From Escherchia phage Stokescottia, in the sequence record OR896820.1: a stretch of 64,000 bases of DNA. One strand, given 5' to 3'. This document shows, piece after piece, positions 47,467-57,214 of this stretch. Both the position numbers and the translations under genes were made by a program. Positions within the stretch are counted from its first letter, which is position 1. Every line of letters starts with the position of its first letter. Below the pieces are notes generated by a model, which searched no databases, was not told where the DNA came from, and worked only from the letters and a program-made list of their open reading frames with translations.

Positions 47467-47495
47467 TTGCTAAACCTCTCTTTTCTTGCTATAAT
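47467..47495 (+). promoter_or_regulatory. early-type promoter
   Basis: TTGCTA, 17-nt spacer, TATAAT, then TATAAATTGATGAGAGAGG box. Confidence 0.6.
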
Positions 47496-47525
47496 ATGTT
47501 TATAAATTGATGAGAGAGGTTTGAA

Positions 47526-47807
47526 ATGAAAACTCGTCTAGACTGTGCTGTTCATGTTCTTGAACATGATGTTGCGGGAACCTGTATGTCTTACCACGAA
47601 GCAGGTCGTTTAATTAAAGAACGTGTGGCAGATGTGTGCGGATTGAAGATTACTGCTGAGGAAGCTGATGATCTTTTAGGCCAAGCACTGGAGAAAACCG
47701 AAATGTTTCTCTGCGATTCTTGTTCTTGGTGGTGTGAAGCTCACGAACGTTCTTTCAACGATTATGATGTATGTCGTGATTGTAGTGGGGAGGATGAAGA
47801 TGAGTAA
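47526..47807 (+). CDS. hypothetical Cys-rich acidic protein
   Basis: 93 aa with CDSCSWWC and CRDCSGEDEDE. Confidence 0.4.
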   Translation: MKTRLDCAVHVLEHDVAGTCMSYHEAGRLIKERVADVCGLKITAEEADDLLGQALEKTEMFLCDSCSWWCEAHERSFNDYDVCRDCSGEDEDE

Positions 47808-48099
47808 GCTTATTATTGCACTGATGATCTCCGCAGTTAGTTTCGGTTCTCTGGCATCTACCAAAGTTTCTATGAAAAATGGTAATGTTAAAGTCCAACA
47901 GAACGGCATTATTACCGAGTATGGTAAAGTTCGTGATGTTAAGGAACGTAATGGTAAAGTAGAAATATATACTAATAAAAACTTCTCTACTCCAGCCGTT
48001 ACTATTAGCAAACGCGGTGAAATAACCACTCAACGTACTAATAGTTCTGATTCTTTTACTTGTCGTTATGATTGCGACTTTGAAGGTGAAGATGAATAA
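47800..48099 (+). CDS. hypothetical secreted protein
   Basis: N-terminal signal-like MSKLIIALMISAVSFGSLAS; ATG at 47800 after GGAGG. Confidence 0.4.
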   Translation: MSKLIIALMISAVSFGSLASTKVSMKNGNVKVQQNGIITEYGKVRDVKERNGKVEIYTNKNFSTPAVTISKRGEITTQRTNSSDSFTCRYDCDFEGEDE

Positions 48100-48511
48100 T
48101 TTAGACCCTAGAATTAAATTTGCAATTACAGAAATCCAAGATCAAATTGATGAGGACTTCACTGTTTGGTCAAGGTCTGGTAATGGAGAATATTGCCAGC
48201 TTTATAGCATGAAAATGGGTATCTCAATTGAGCTTAATATCAACTCTGAAGGTAGAGTAGAAGCCCAACCCATGTTCAGTGTTCCAGGCTTCTCTGGATT
48301 TGTTGCAGGTATAAAATTGTGTCTACCAAATAACCATCTTCATCGAGTTATTTGTCAGCTAGTGACTATTAAGCATTTCTTGCCAGAAGGTAACATTAAT
48401 GACTACTACCATGAAGTTGTAGCAGCTCATATGATGAAAGAACGCAAACGTCGGAGAGAAGAACGTGAAAAGACTAAACATCAACAGCACAGTGCAGATT
48501 CCAGCAACTAA
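48092..48511 (+). CDS. hypothetical protein
   Basis: 139-aa ORF. Confidence 0.4.
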   Translation: MNNLDPRIKFAITEIQDQIDEDFTVWSRSGNGEYCQLYSMKMGISIELNINSEGRVEAQPMFSVPGFSGFVAGIKLCLPNNHLHRVICQLVTIKHFLPEGNINDYYHEVVAAHMMKERKRRREEREKTKHQQHSADSSN

Positions 48512-48761
48512 GGATGTTTTAACATTCCTACGTAGTGAGAATACCCAATTTTGGCATGACTATATTCAGGAAAATAAAAATAATCCAGGTATAGTTGCTT
48601 TTGCCAAGAAACGTATCGAAGAATATAAAGATCCAGAGATTAAAGATGGGATGATCACAATGCAATTGTGGGTAGCCATGAATACGTTTGGACCCACTAT
48701 GAGTCTAGGAGTTACTCCACTGTTTACTAATATTCTAATTAATGAAAAGGATCTGAAATGA
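48465..48761 (+). CDS. hypothetical protein
   Basis: 98-aa ORF. Confidence 0.35.
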   Translation: MKRLNINSTVQIPATKDVLTFLRSENTQFWHDYIQENKNNPGIVAFAKKRIEEYKDPEIKDGMITMQLWVAMNTFGPTMSLGVTPLFTNILINEKDLK

Positions 48762-49042
48762 TTGTTTCTCCGTTTGCTCTTTGGTTCGTCATTGGGTCTG
48801 TGGTTGCTATTTACAGCTTGGTTGATGATCTGTATATTTCTAAGAATAAAGATGTAATATTATACGTTATACGTAAAACTCGACCGTTAGATCTGCCACC
48901 TCTTGATGATAAAACATTACTCAGATGTGCTAGATCTGTGATATTTATTGTGGATATTCTTCTAGGCCCAACATCTGTGTTTTTCTTTTATAGAAAAACT
49001 CGTAATATGAAAAAATTTAAAGCTGAAATGCAGAATACTTAA
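48758..49042 (+). CDS. hypothetical membrane protein
   Basis: 94 aa with N-terminal hydrophobic helix. Confidence 0.4.
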   Translation: MIVSPFALWFVIGSVVAIYSLVDDLYISKNKDVILYVIRKTRPLDLPPLDDKTLLRCARSVIFIVDILLGPTSVFFFYRKTRNMKKFKAEMQNT

Positions 49043-49152
49043 AGAACTCGCGTAGGACCGAGTTGCGTCACCTGCAACTGTTACGGATAAGGGAGTCGTG
49101 CCCCTTAGTGCGGTAAGTGGTGAGGTGGCTGCTAGCCCTAACTGGAGATAAT

Positions 49153-49497
49153 ATGACTATATTACTAATTCTTGTTACAACTTGGTTTTTAATCGGTGCT
49201 GGATATGCGATAGCTATTATTAGACATTTGGACGAATATTCTGCTGAATGGTTTATTAAGTATCTACGTATTGATGATCAAGAACAGAAGTTTAAAGATG
49301 AAAAGCAGAAAAAAGCAGTAAATAATATGACAGCCAAAGAATGCTTGTTCTACATGCGTATTGTAGGGTTCTTTGGACTATTAGTTGCTGGCCCAATTGG
49401 TTCTACCATTGCTCCGTATAAAGAAACAGTTGCTGACATCAAATTGTGGAGAAATGCAGGGGTACTGCGTAAAGCTAGAGAAACTAATATTACATAA
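49153..49497 (+). CDS. hypothetical membrane protein
   Basis: 114 aa; hydrophobic segments TILLILVTTWFLIGAGYAIAII and IVGFFGLLVAGPIG. Confidence 0.4.
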   Translation: MTILLILVTTWFLIGAGYAIAIIRHLDEYSAEWFIKYLRIDDQEQKFKDEKQKKAVNNMTAKECLFYMRIVGFFGLLVAGPIGSTIAPYKETVADIKLWRNAGVLRKARETNIT

Positions 49498-49540
49498 GAT
49501 TGATACTAAATCAACTTACTAGCAAAAGCAAATAATGACA

Positions 49541-49578
49541 AAGCCCAGCTTGCACTTTTGCGACTGGGCTATTTTTAT
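49541..49578 (+). terminator. terminator-like hairpin
   Basis: GCCCAG...CTGGGC stem followed by TATTTTTAT. Confidence 0.45.
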
Positions 49579-49591
49579 AATAAAATTTTAG

Positions 49592-49620
49592 TTGCTTAGA
49601 TGCCCAAACTTTTGTATAAT
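49592..49620 (+). promoter_or_regulatory. early-type promoter
   Basis: TTGCTT, 17-nt spacer, TGTATAAT. Confidence 0.6.
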
Positions 49621-49651
49621 ATGTTTATAGATTGAGGCAAGAGGATTAAAT

Positions 49652-50350
49652 ATGAGGATTATTTCTAAGTTCGCCGATGTGTATGATTTGCAGAACAGTT
49701 TGTTCGACCCAGATCGTGTGTGGGAACGTAAAACTGAGGAGTTACTGGTTAAAGTAACCGATGATGCAGAAAAGAACATTGTGCATACTCGCCAGGTATT
49801 TCGTGATGGTTCGCTATCTTTCCGTGGTGATTTCGAATACTTCGTAAACCCCCTATTTGTTGCAGGTGAAGTTTACTGGTTACACGAGCTGTACTGCTGG
49901 CATCCAGCATTTAGCTTCAAAACGTTTAATCTCGACACTATGTTTGATAAAATGGAAGAGATGGGATTACATGCTCGCTCTTACTTAATGGATAAGAGTC
50001 GTGGAGATGTTCGTGAAACAATGCGTGATCTACTAGCTGAAGCAAAACCTAAAGCAGAACGTATCTTATCCGAACTGCGTGTACCGATTGCATATGTGAA
50101 AGGTATTAAAAAGAACGATAACGATGATGTTCGTAACTTCGTAATTCAGACTAACATTCGTTTCCATCAGTCCGGTATTCCGTGGCAGGAAATTGAAAGC
50201 AACTTATACCGTTTACACCAAGTTCTCGAACAGTATATCTTCGGTGTACTAGGAACTGGTGAGCCTGATATGATTAAAGTATCAGATAAAGACAGGTTAG
50301 CAGCGCATGGATTTGATACAAAAACTTCTTTCAGGAATATGGCGCGGTAA
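49652..50350 (+). CDS. hypothetical protein
   Basis: 232-aa ORF. Confidence 0.5.
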   Translation: MRIISKFADVYDLQNSLFDPDRVWERKTEELLVKVTDDAEKNIVHTRQVFRDGSLSFRGDFEYFVNPLFVAGEVYWLHELYCWHPAFSFKTFNLDTMFDKMEEMGLHARSYLMDKSRGDVRETMRDLLAEAKPKAERILSELRVPIAYVKGIKKNDNDDVRNFVIQTNIRFHQSGIPWQEIESNLYRLHQVLEQYIFGVLGTGEPDMIKVSDKDRLAAHGFDTKTSFRNMAR

Positions 50351-50756
50351 GTGGTATATCCTGGGAGCAGGTCTAGCGATAGGCATCGGGTTCGGTGCTT
50401 ATCACCTAATAAATAAAGTGGAGACTTTGGCAGGAGATCTTGCGGTAGCTACTAAAAAGATCTCTTCTCTAGAGACTTCCCTTAACAAGGTGAAAGCTGA
50501 GAGTGAACTTCGTGAGACTCGTATGAATCAGTATTTCACAATGAATAATGTTTCCCAAGCAGATCTAGATAAGAAAATTAGTCAGCTTGATAAAGCACTT
50601 AGTCGTCAAGACATTATAGCTGCAAAGCCTAGATTGGTAACATTAATTGCTAAAAAGCAGAGTAAGGAGTTCGAGGAAAGATTAGCATGTTTAACTGGAA
50701 ACTTGGAATACTGCTCGCAGCCGCAATCACAATCACAGGCTGTGCACAAGAAATAA
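50307..50756 (+). CDS. hypothetical membrane-anchored coiled-coil protein
   Basis: 149 aa; N-terminal TM followed by heptad-like region; start uncertain. Confidence 0.4.
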   Translation: MDLIQKLLSGIWRGKWYILGAGLAIGIGFGAYHLINKVETLAGDLAVATKKISSLETSLNKVKAESELRETRMNQYFTMNNVSQADLDKKISQLDKALSRQDIIAAKPRLVTLIAKKQSKEFEERLACLTGNLEYCSQPQSQSQAVHKK

Positions 50757-51040
50757 AGACAGAATCTACACATGAGCTACCAACAGCTCATGTAGACTGG
50801 CCCAAAGGACTTCAACCTTGTAGCTTTGACTTTAAGTTTGAAAAGAAATTAGCTACAAATGGAGAAGATGGCGTAGTAGTTGTTGTACCATATAAAGACT
50901 GGAATATGTTGGCAAAATGCCGTGAGGCAGAATATTCCTATATTTCACGACTGACTGGTATGGTTTGCTTCTATCGCCAAGATTTACAAGAAAAACGTTG
51001 CTTAGTTTACTATCCACCAATTAACAATAGGAAAGATTAA
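50687..51040 (+). CDS. putative lipoprotein
   Basis: Signal peptide with lipobox MFNWKLGILLAAAITITGC. Confidence 0.45.
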   Translation: MFNWKLGILLAAAITITGCAQEIKTESTHELPTAHVDWPKGLQPCSFDFKFEKKLATNGEDGVVVVVPYKDWNMLAKCREAEYSYISRLTGMVCFYRQDLQEKRCLVYYPPINNRKD

Positions 51041-51792
51041 TGTCAGTATTAGTCGGTTTACATGGTGAAGCTGGTTCGGGAAAAGATACTGTTGCAAAAT
51101 TAATTATCGATTGGTGTAATGACACGTATCCAACGTGTTTACCCCGTCGTTACAGTTTTGCTAAGCCCGTTTATGAACTTGCATCCGTAATCCTCGGTGT
51201 AACTCCAGAGTTTCTAGGAGAGCGCAGGGGAAAAGAGGTTGACCAATGGTTTACAGTCACACAATCTCAATTGGAGCGAGCCAGAGATGTGTGGTTTAAG
51301 TACGGTATCGATAAGTTTGAAGACTTCTCGTACGTTTGGCCTATTTTTGAGGAAAAATATCTTAATCCTCAACAACTTATCTCAGAGAATAAAGAAGACG
51401 GACTTTATAGTTTATTTATTTCTCCGAGAAAAATGTTACAGCTCGTAGGGACAGAGCTAGGAAGGCAGCTGGTGCATGAACGCATTTGGCTCATAATTCT
51501 GGAGCAATCCATCGCTAAAGACGACCCAGATGTCGCCGTAATAACAGATGTTAGATTCCCCAATGAAGGAGAGCTACTCAGAGAAACAAACCATTTAGAT
51601 ATGGATTCTTTGATAGTAAATGTAGTACCCGCTGAGCAGAAGTTCACTATTAAATCAGATCATCCATCTGAAAGTGGTATTCCTGCAAAATATATTACTC
51701 ACGAATTAGTTAATAAATTCGATGGTATCAATAACCTTAAACTAGAAGTTTATAACTTCTGTGACTTAGAGCTAGAACCACTAGTTGGATAA
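51040..51792 (+). CDS. dnk: deoxynucleoside monophosphate kinase
   Basis: 250 aa; P-loop LHGEAGSGKDT at N-terminus. Confidence 0.65.
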   Translation: MSVLVGLHGEAGSGKDTVAKLIIDWCNDTYPTCLPRRYSFAKPVYELASVILGVTPEFLGERRGKEVDQWFTVTQSQLERARDVWFKYGIDKFEDFSYVWPIFEEKYLNPQQLISENKEDGLYSLFISPRKMLQLVGTELGRQLVHERIWLIILEQSIAKDDPDVAVITDVRFPNEGELLRETNHLDMDSLIVNVVPAEQKFTIKSDHPSESGIPAKYITHELVNKFDGINNLKLEVYNFCDLELEPLVG

Positions 51793-51804
51793 TCAAGGAT
51801 CGCT

Positions 51805-52404
51805 ATGACTAATAAAAAAGAAGAAAAGACTAACCTGTTTCACTCCATTCGCCAATCTAACGAGTATACCTTTTTCTTTGATGAAGAATTAGGGCCGCCG
51901 GATGAATACCGTGATTTATCAATGGTACTTATGCAGGCAAATGAGGACGACGAAATTAATTTGATGATTAATGGCCCGGGTGGTTATGTTGATACTGCTG
52001 CACAGTTATCTAACTTAATTGCTAATTGCCGTGGAACAGTTATAGGACATCTGATTGGTCCTAGTGCTTCTGCTTACTGCACAATTTTCCTATCCTGTCA
52101 TGGATGGGTAGTACATCCACATGCTACGCTAATGGGACACACGTTCTCTGGCGGGTTCTGTGAGAAAGGTCAAGAAATCAAGAAAGCCTATGAATCTTAC
52201 AACAAGTTCGTAGAAGATATGATGCTAGATGTCTACTATCCATTCTTCTCAATAGATGAAATCGACGAGATGGTAAAAGACAACAAAAATATCTATCTAG
52301 ATAGCAAAGAAATCCATAAGCGTATTGAAATCTTGGCAAAATATCGATCTGAGCAATATAATAAAGCCCAGTTACCTCAATTCGAGGAGCACAACGAAGA
52401 GTAA
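51805..52404 (+). CDS. ClpP-like serine peptidase
   Basis: 199 aa; MINGPGGYV...GPSASAYCTIFL...HPHATLMGHTFSGG matches the ClpP core pattern. Confidence 0.6.
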   Translation: MTNKKEEKTNLFHSIRQSNEYTFFFDEELGPPDEYRDLSMVLMQANEDDEINLMINGPGGYVDTAAQLSNLIANCRGTVIGHLIGPSASAYCTIFLSCHGWVVHPHATLMGHTFSGGFCEKGQEIKKAYESYNKFVEDMMLDVYYPFFSIDEIDEMVKDNKNIYLDSKEIHKRIEILAKYRSEQYNKAQLPQFEEHNEE

Positions 52405-52412
52405 GTAGTTTT

Positions 52413-52448
52413 AAGCCAGGGTTTAACGACCCTGGCTTTTCTTTTATC
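52413..52448 (+). terminator. rho-independent terminator
   Basis: AGCCAGGGT...ACCCTGGCT hairpin followed by TTTTCTTTTAT. Confidence 0.65.
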
Positions 52449-52560
52449 TAAAATTCTTCTTGACAACGACAAAATTTTATGCTCCAGAAGTGATCTTTAA
52501 AAACACATTGTAATTTTCCTCCAAAATTAGTATAATGGTACTGGTTAGAGGAGGTTACAA

Positions 52561-53217
52561 TTGGAAAAGTTCTTACAATTATTAACGGTACTGCTCCAAG
52601 AAGCGAAAGATCCAGCATCGCTTCTTAAACGTCTGCTAACTATCTTAGTTGCTGTCATTATTTTCTTATTTGTTAGTAATACTAGCGAGGTGATGTCATT
52701 CTTAAAGACTTTCTCCACGTCTGCGGTTCTACAGGATGTTCAAACTCAAAGGATAGATAACTTTCCTAATGTAGCTAGAGAGAAGAGCATGGTACTCTTT
52801 TCTCAAACGGGTGCGGATGCTGTTTTTGTCGTCAAGTATAAACCCGATGCCATTAATGATTATTCTAACATTATTGCATGGGAAAGCAATGCGCAATTAG
52901 ATAGGGCTGACTTGGCCGATAAAGCGGTAAATAAAACGTCTGAGCTATATAGACGTCACTTGGAAGGCTTTAACTACGCATCGGATTTAAGTGTAAAAGT
53001 AAATAAATACATGGGGTTAAATATACCTGCGTTTAAGAACGTTACTTTTAATTACATATACACTTGTCCGTATTTCAATCTAAACAATATCTATGCTGGA
53101 TATATTGGTATTGCTTGGAAAGATAATCCTGTAGATGCAGCCGATTCTGAGAAATTTAACGAGTATTTAACAAAGCTCTGTTCCCCACAACAGAGATCTT
53201 TAGGTAGATCAATATGA
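52561..53217 (+). CDS. putative holin or lysis membrane protein
   Basis: 218 aa, TTG start after GAGGAGG, N-terminal TM helix, stop overlaps endolysin start. Confidence 0.45.
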   Translation: MEKFLQLLTVLLQEAKDPASLLKRLLTILVAVIIFLFVSNTSEVMSFLKTFSTSAVLQDVQTQRIDNFPNVAREKSMVLFSQTGADAVFVVKYKPDAINDYSNIIAWESNAQLDRADLADKAVNKTSELYRRHLEGFNYASDLSVKVNKYMGLNIPAFKNVTFNYIYTCPYFNLNNIYAGYIGIAWKDNPVDAADSEKFNEYLTKLCSPQQRSLGRSI

Positions 53218-53627
53218 GTTTTAAATTTGGTAAAAATAGCGAAAAACAATTAGCTACCGTTAAGCCAGAGCTACAAAAAGTAGCTCGTAGAGCTTTAGAA
53301 TTATCTCCGTATGATTTCACGATCGTACAGGGTATTCGTACAGTAGCACAAAGTGCCCAGAATATTGCTAATGGTACTTCATTTTTAAAAGATCCTAGTA
53401 AAAGCAAGCATATTACTGGGGATGCCCTTGATTTTGCTCCATACATTAATGGCAAAATTGATTGGAATGATTTAGAAGCATTTTGGGCAGTTAAAAAGGC
53501 TTTTGAACAAGCTGGTAAAGAACTGGGCATTAAACTTCGCTTTGGTGCTGATTGGAATGCTTCGGGAGATTATCACGATGAAATAAAACGTGGTACCTAT
53601 GATGGCGGTCATGTCGAACTAGTTTAA
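53214..53627 (+). CDS. lys: endolysin, M15-type L-alanyl-D-glutamate peptidase
   Basis: 137 aa; C-terminal DWNASGDYHDEIKRGTYDGGHVEL metallopeptidase-like. Confidence 0.75.
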   Translation: MSFKFGKNSEKQLATVKPELQKVARRALELSPYDFTIVQGIRTVAQSAQNIANGTSFLKDPSKSKHITGDALDFAPYINGKIDWNDLEAFWAVKKAFEQAGKELGIKLRFGADWNASGDYHDEIKRGTYDGGHVELV

Positions 53628-53637
53628 TTAATAACTG

Positions 53638-53662
53638 AGGCGGGAATATTCCCGCCTTTTTA
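53638..53662 (+). terminator. rho-independent terminator
   Basis: GAGGCGGG AATATT CCCGCC followed by TTTTT. Confidence 0.65.
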
Positions 53663-53704
53663 GGCAAAGGGGGCTTTAATAATTTTTGAAGATAGGAGAA
53701 AGCC

Positions 53705-54094
53705 ATGTTTGCAGAACTATTCACTATGATGCTGCTAGGTATCTGGAAAATAAGTCTAGTAGTATTCGTTTTAATGATAGTCTTTACTATCCTTGCATTA
53801 ACTACCCGAAATAGCTTATTAATAAAGGTTATTCACGGACTAGAGTATATAATTATGGGTTCATTCGGCGTTTGTAAATGCAATTGCCATAGAGATACGA
53901 AATATTGTTGGTTATGGATGGAACTAGAGAATCCTATATCCATAGCTTTGGCTGTTTCATTCGGTATGATTCTTATGGCCCTTACTCTAGCATTAATACC
54001 TTTGATGTTAGCTGGGGGAGTTACAGCGTATTTCACCCCTTTTCTCCCCGATACTTATGTACTCAATTTACCCAATAACTATGTATCTAGTTAG
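53705..54094 (+). CDS. hypothetical multi-pass membrane protein
   Basis: 129 aa with 3-4 hydrophobic helices. Confidence 0.45.
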   Translation: MFAELFTMMLLGIWKISLVVFVLMIVFTILALTTRNSLLIKVIHGLEYIIMGSFGVCKCNCHRDTKYCWLWMELENPISIALAVSFGMILMALTLALIPLMLAGGVTAYFTPFLPDTYVLNLPNNYVSS

Positions 54095-54134
54095 GAAAAG
54101 ATTTATACATGTAGTAGATTAAGATAAAAAAGTA

Positions 54135-54164
54135 GTTGACTTTTAGTCCTAGTTATTATATAAT
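54135..54164 (+). promoter_or_regulatory. early-type promoter
   Basis: TTGACT, 18-nt spacer, TATAAT, then CATAAATTAGTTAAGAGAGG box. Confidence 0.55.
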
Positions 54165-54197
54165 ATATACATAAATTAGTTAAGAGAGGTATATATT

Positions 54198-54629
54198 ATG
54201 TCTGATCGTTTCTATACTCAAATGGCGGAACATTTTCGTATACCACATTACGAGCTAAACATTGCACTCCGTGATCATGACTCTCCTGAGTACAAAAAGC
54301 TCGAAAAGAAAGCGGAAAAATCTATTGATACAAAGGTAGGTGCATCTATGTCTAAGGGCAAAAAGTTAACTCGTCTTGATCTTAATAAAATTTTAACTGA
54401 ACTTTTGGGTACTGATATTGAAGGTGCTAAATTACCACTTCTTGTACTAGAGACTATGATTAAAAAGGTCAAAAATAAAGAGTATAAAAAGGTAGAAGTC
54501 CCAGAAGGCAGATTAAAAGCTCCTTATCAGGAAGCATTAACCGAGTGTTTGGGTGTAAATCTTGATCTAAGCACTGCAACCGTAAAAACTATGAGAAACT
54601 TCTTAGAGGCCATTAATAACTATGAGTAA
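54198..54629 (+). CDS. hypothetical protein
   Basis: 143-aa ORF. Confidence 0.45.
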   Translation: MSDRFYTQMAEHFRIPHYELNIALRDHDSPEYKKLEKKAEKSIDTKVGASMSKGKKLTRLDLNKILTELLGTDIEGAKLPLLVLETMIKKVKNKEYKKVEVPEGRLKAPYQEALTECLGVNLDLSTATVKTMRNFLEAINNYE

Positions 54630-54912
54630 ATTAGTATATCTATTGAAAGGTTCCACTTGCAATCCTTGCAAAATGTTTGAGCCAGTATTTGATAAAGTAG
54701 TCAATGACTATAATTTGGAAATCCATAAAGAGACTGATAATACAGAATTAATGCAGAAATTTGGTGTGCGCCAAGTTCCTGTAGTAGTTCTGGCGGATCG
54801 CTTACCTAATGGTCGAGTAGAAGCTAATCATATTCTGATTGGACGTCAGCTTCGTAAAGAAACTATGCACGAAGCTATTAAAAATTTCCTGGATGATAAT
54901 CCAGAGGACTAA
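54622..54912 (+). CDS. thioredoxin/glutaredoxin-like protein
   Basis: 96 aa; redox motif CNPC near N-terminus. Confidence 0.55.
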   Translation: MSKLVYLLKGSTCNPCKMFEPVFDKVVNDYNLEIHKETDNTELMQKFGVRQVPVVVLADRLPNGRVEANHILIGRQLRKETMHEAIKNFLDDNPED

Positions 54913-54918
54913 TAAACA

Positions 54919-54951
54919 AAGCCTGATCTTAGCTGATCAGGCTTTTATTTT
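54919..54951 (+). terminator. rho-independent terminator
   Basis: AAGCCTGATC...GATCAGGCTT hairpin followed by TTATTTT. Confidence 0.65.
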
Positions 54952-54953
54952 AC

Positions 54954-54982
54954 TTGCTTTTTGCTAAAAATTTTGGTATAAT
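54954..54982 (+). promoter_or_regulatory. early-type promoter
   Basis: TTGCTT, 17-nt spacer, TGgTATAAT, then TATAAATTGATGAGAG box. Confidence 0.6.
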
Positions 54983-55091
54983 ACTTATATAAATTGATGA
55001 GAGACATTAATATGATTATGTCACATATCTTTGTATGGATTTTAGTCATATTAATGGCTTTCTTTGTCCTTCAAGAAATAGGAGTATTACG

Positions 55092-55469
55092 ATGAACTAT
55101 GCATATCTTATTATTAATAATAATGTAGTTTGTGGTACTCGCGCCGTTGAGATGGGTATTACAGAAGAAAAGTATAAGTCACTTCCAGAAAAGGAACAAC
55201 AATATTATGTTGAAGAAGCTGCTTGGGAATATGCTGATGTTTATCCCGAACAACGTGAAGATCGCATTACTATTGTTGTTTCTTTGGGGTTGGTTGGCTG
55301 TGATACCGAAGTTGATACAGACCTAGAGACTTTAGAAGAATGGGGAGAATTAGACATTTTAGCTAAAAACTCTTTAATCCGTGAGGCTTTTTGGGAAGCA
55401 GTTGACTGCCATGTTGTCTTTGAGCCTAACGATGAGGAAGCTGAGAAGCATACTAATCACTGGAGATAA
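55092..55469 (+). CDS. hypothetical protein
   Basis: 125-aa acidic ORF. Confidence 0.4.
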   Translation: MNYAYLIINNNVVCGTRAVEMGITEEKYKSLPEKEQQYYVEEAAWEYADVYPEQREDRITIVVSLGLVGCDTEVDTDLETLEEWGELDILAKNSLIREAFWEAVDCHVVFEPNDEEAEKHTNHWR

Positions 55470-55473
55470 TTAA

Positions 55474-55719
55474 ATGTTAGCAGAACAAGCAAAACGTTTA
55501 ACCAGAATAAATAGAGCTGCACTTCTTAAGAGCAGAAAGAAATCATATAAGTATGTTAAAAAGAGAATAGTTTCTTCTGTGGAGATTGGGGGTTCTTTTG
55601 TACAGTTTAATCGTGATGAAATTAGTTATGAAGCTATAAAAGCCCTCTATAAAGAGGGTTATACTCTCCAACTATCTAATGATTATGGCACAACTATTTT
55701 AACTGTTATTTGGGAATAA
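55474..55719 (+). CDS. hypothetical protein
   Basis: 81-aa ORF. Confidence 0.4.
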   Translation: MLAEQAKRLTRINRAALLKSRKKSYKYVKKRIVSSVEIGGSFVQFNRDEISYEAIKALYKEGYTLQLSNDYGTTILTVIWE

Positions 55720-55721
55720 TT

Positions 55722-56585
55722 ATGAAAAAAGAATTTAATGTACATAAAACTCTAGTAGTGCCTGATGACGCCAACTTATTTTTCGTTGGTGATATTCATG
55801 GATGCAATGATTTGCTAGAAGATGCGTTGAAATTAGCGGGGTATAATGGCAAAAAAGATTGCTTAGTATGTGTTGGTGACTTAATTGACCGAGGCACACA
55901 AAACCTACAAGTTTTAGCCAAATTCCTGTATAATCCACATTTTATCAGTGTCCGTGGTAATCATGACCAATTTATGATTGCAGGAGATTGGGCTAATTGG
56001 ATGTATAACGGTGGTATGTGGGCTATGGATGAGCTGGATGCAGACACCATTAAAAATATTGCCGAAGATATGGCTGAAAAAATGCCAGTATTCCTAACTG
56101 TTAGACATCGTGGTAAGAAGTATGGTGTTGTTCACGGTGGCGTACCTTTTACGTACAAAGAATGTGGTAATGAAGTAGAAACCCCCATATGGGATAATCT
56201 TATTGCACAAGTAGAAGCAGCTAAGGAAGACCCACATGACCATCCTGGATACCATATTGAACCATATTTATGGGATCGAGATGTAATCCAAGAAATAGGC
56301 TTCTACTTGTCCAAAAATGGTGAAGAACACCCGTATTTCCAGCGTTACGCAGGATTTAAAGAAAAATACACGGTAGAAGTACCAGAAGTTAAAGGTGTAG
56401 ATTTCGTGTTTCACGGACATACTGGAGTTCCTTACCCACTTCTTTATAAAAACCGTGTTTATCTGGATACTGGCGGTGTTTTCAACGGGCAGTTGACGGT
56501 TGCGCAAGTTAATGATGAAACGGGTAAAATCACCACATTTACTACACTCCGGGAAGATAGCTGTGGTGTACAGAGGGTTCTTTAA
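55722..56585 (+). CDS. Ser/Thr protein phosphatase (PPP family)
   Basis: GDIHGC, GDLIDRG and RGNHD signature motifs. Confidence 0.85.
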   Translation: MKKEFNVHKTLVVPDDANLFFVGDIHGCNDLLEDALKLAGYNGKKDCLVCVGDLIDRGTQNLQVLAKFLYNPHFISVRGNHDQFMIAGDWANWMYNGGMWAMDELDADTIKNIAEDMAEKMPVFLTVRHRGKKYGVVHGGVPFTYKECGNEVETPIWDNLIAQVEAAKEDPHDHPGYHIEPYLWDRDVIQEIGFYLSKNGEEHPYFQRYAGFKEKYTVEVPEVKGVDFVFHGHTGVPYPLLYKNRVYLDTGGVFNGQLTVAQVNDETGKITTFTTLREDSCGVQRVL

Positions 56586-57106
56586 TGAAAGTTCGCTTTT
56601 GGAGTGATCTCCACTTGGGGCATGCAAATATTACTAAATTCAGACCAATCTTCTCTACTATGGAAGAGCATGACGAATTTATTATGGATACTATTACATC
56701 CGTGAAAGATAAGCGTACAGTATTCTATATTTTAGGAGACGCATTTGTATCTAGAAATGGTTTGGAGAAGTTCGAAAAACTCTTTGGCAATGTTAGAACT
56801 ACGTTAGTTTTGGGAAACCACGACTTAGAACGAGAAGGATTATCTTTCAAAGACTTAATAGGGATTGTAGATAATGTACAATCACTAGTTAAGTATAAAA
56901 ACTTCTGGCTTTCCCATGCTCCAATACACCATGGGGAGCTGAGAGGTAAGAAGAACTTACATGGGCATACTCACTTTGAGCTAATGGGGGATCCTCGTTA
57001 TATTAACGTTTGTGTCGAGTATGCAAAATCACCAGTACGTCTGGAAGACATCATGAGTGGTAAGTATATCTCACATGATAAAACTAGCTGGATGTTAAAT
57101 GTCTGA
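56585..57106 (+). CDS. metallophosphoesterase
   Basis: 173 aa; GDAF..., LGNHD and HGHTH motifs. Confidence 0.6.
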   Translation: MKVRFWSDLHLGHANITKFRPIFSTMEEHDEFIMDTITSVKDKRTVFYILGDAFVSRNGLEKFEKLFGNVRTTLVLGNHDLEREGLSFKDLIGIVDNVQSLVKYKNFWLSHAPIHHGELRGKKNLHGHTHFELMGDPRYINVCVEYAKSPVRLEDIMSGKYISHDKTSWMLNV

Positions 57107-57214
57107 GTATATAGCTGAGGCTATTATTAAACGAATCATACAAGCGATAGCAATACTTACAATCATTTGTATTGCTATTGGCACAGGATTAGGCATTTTA
57201 ATTAAAAGTTTTAT

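Noticed and set aside
52459-52536. Canonical promoter for the lysis genes using TTGACA at 52459 and TATAAT at 52531
   Set aside because: The two hexamers are about 66 bp apart and no acceptable -35 sits 17 bp upstream of the TATAAT, so I do not call a promoter.
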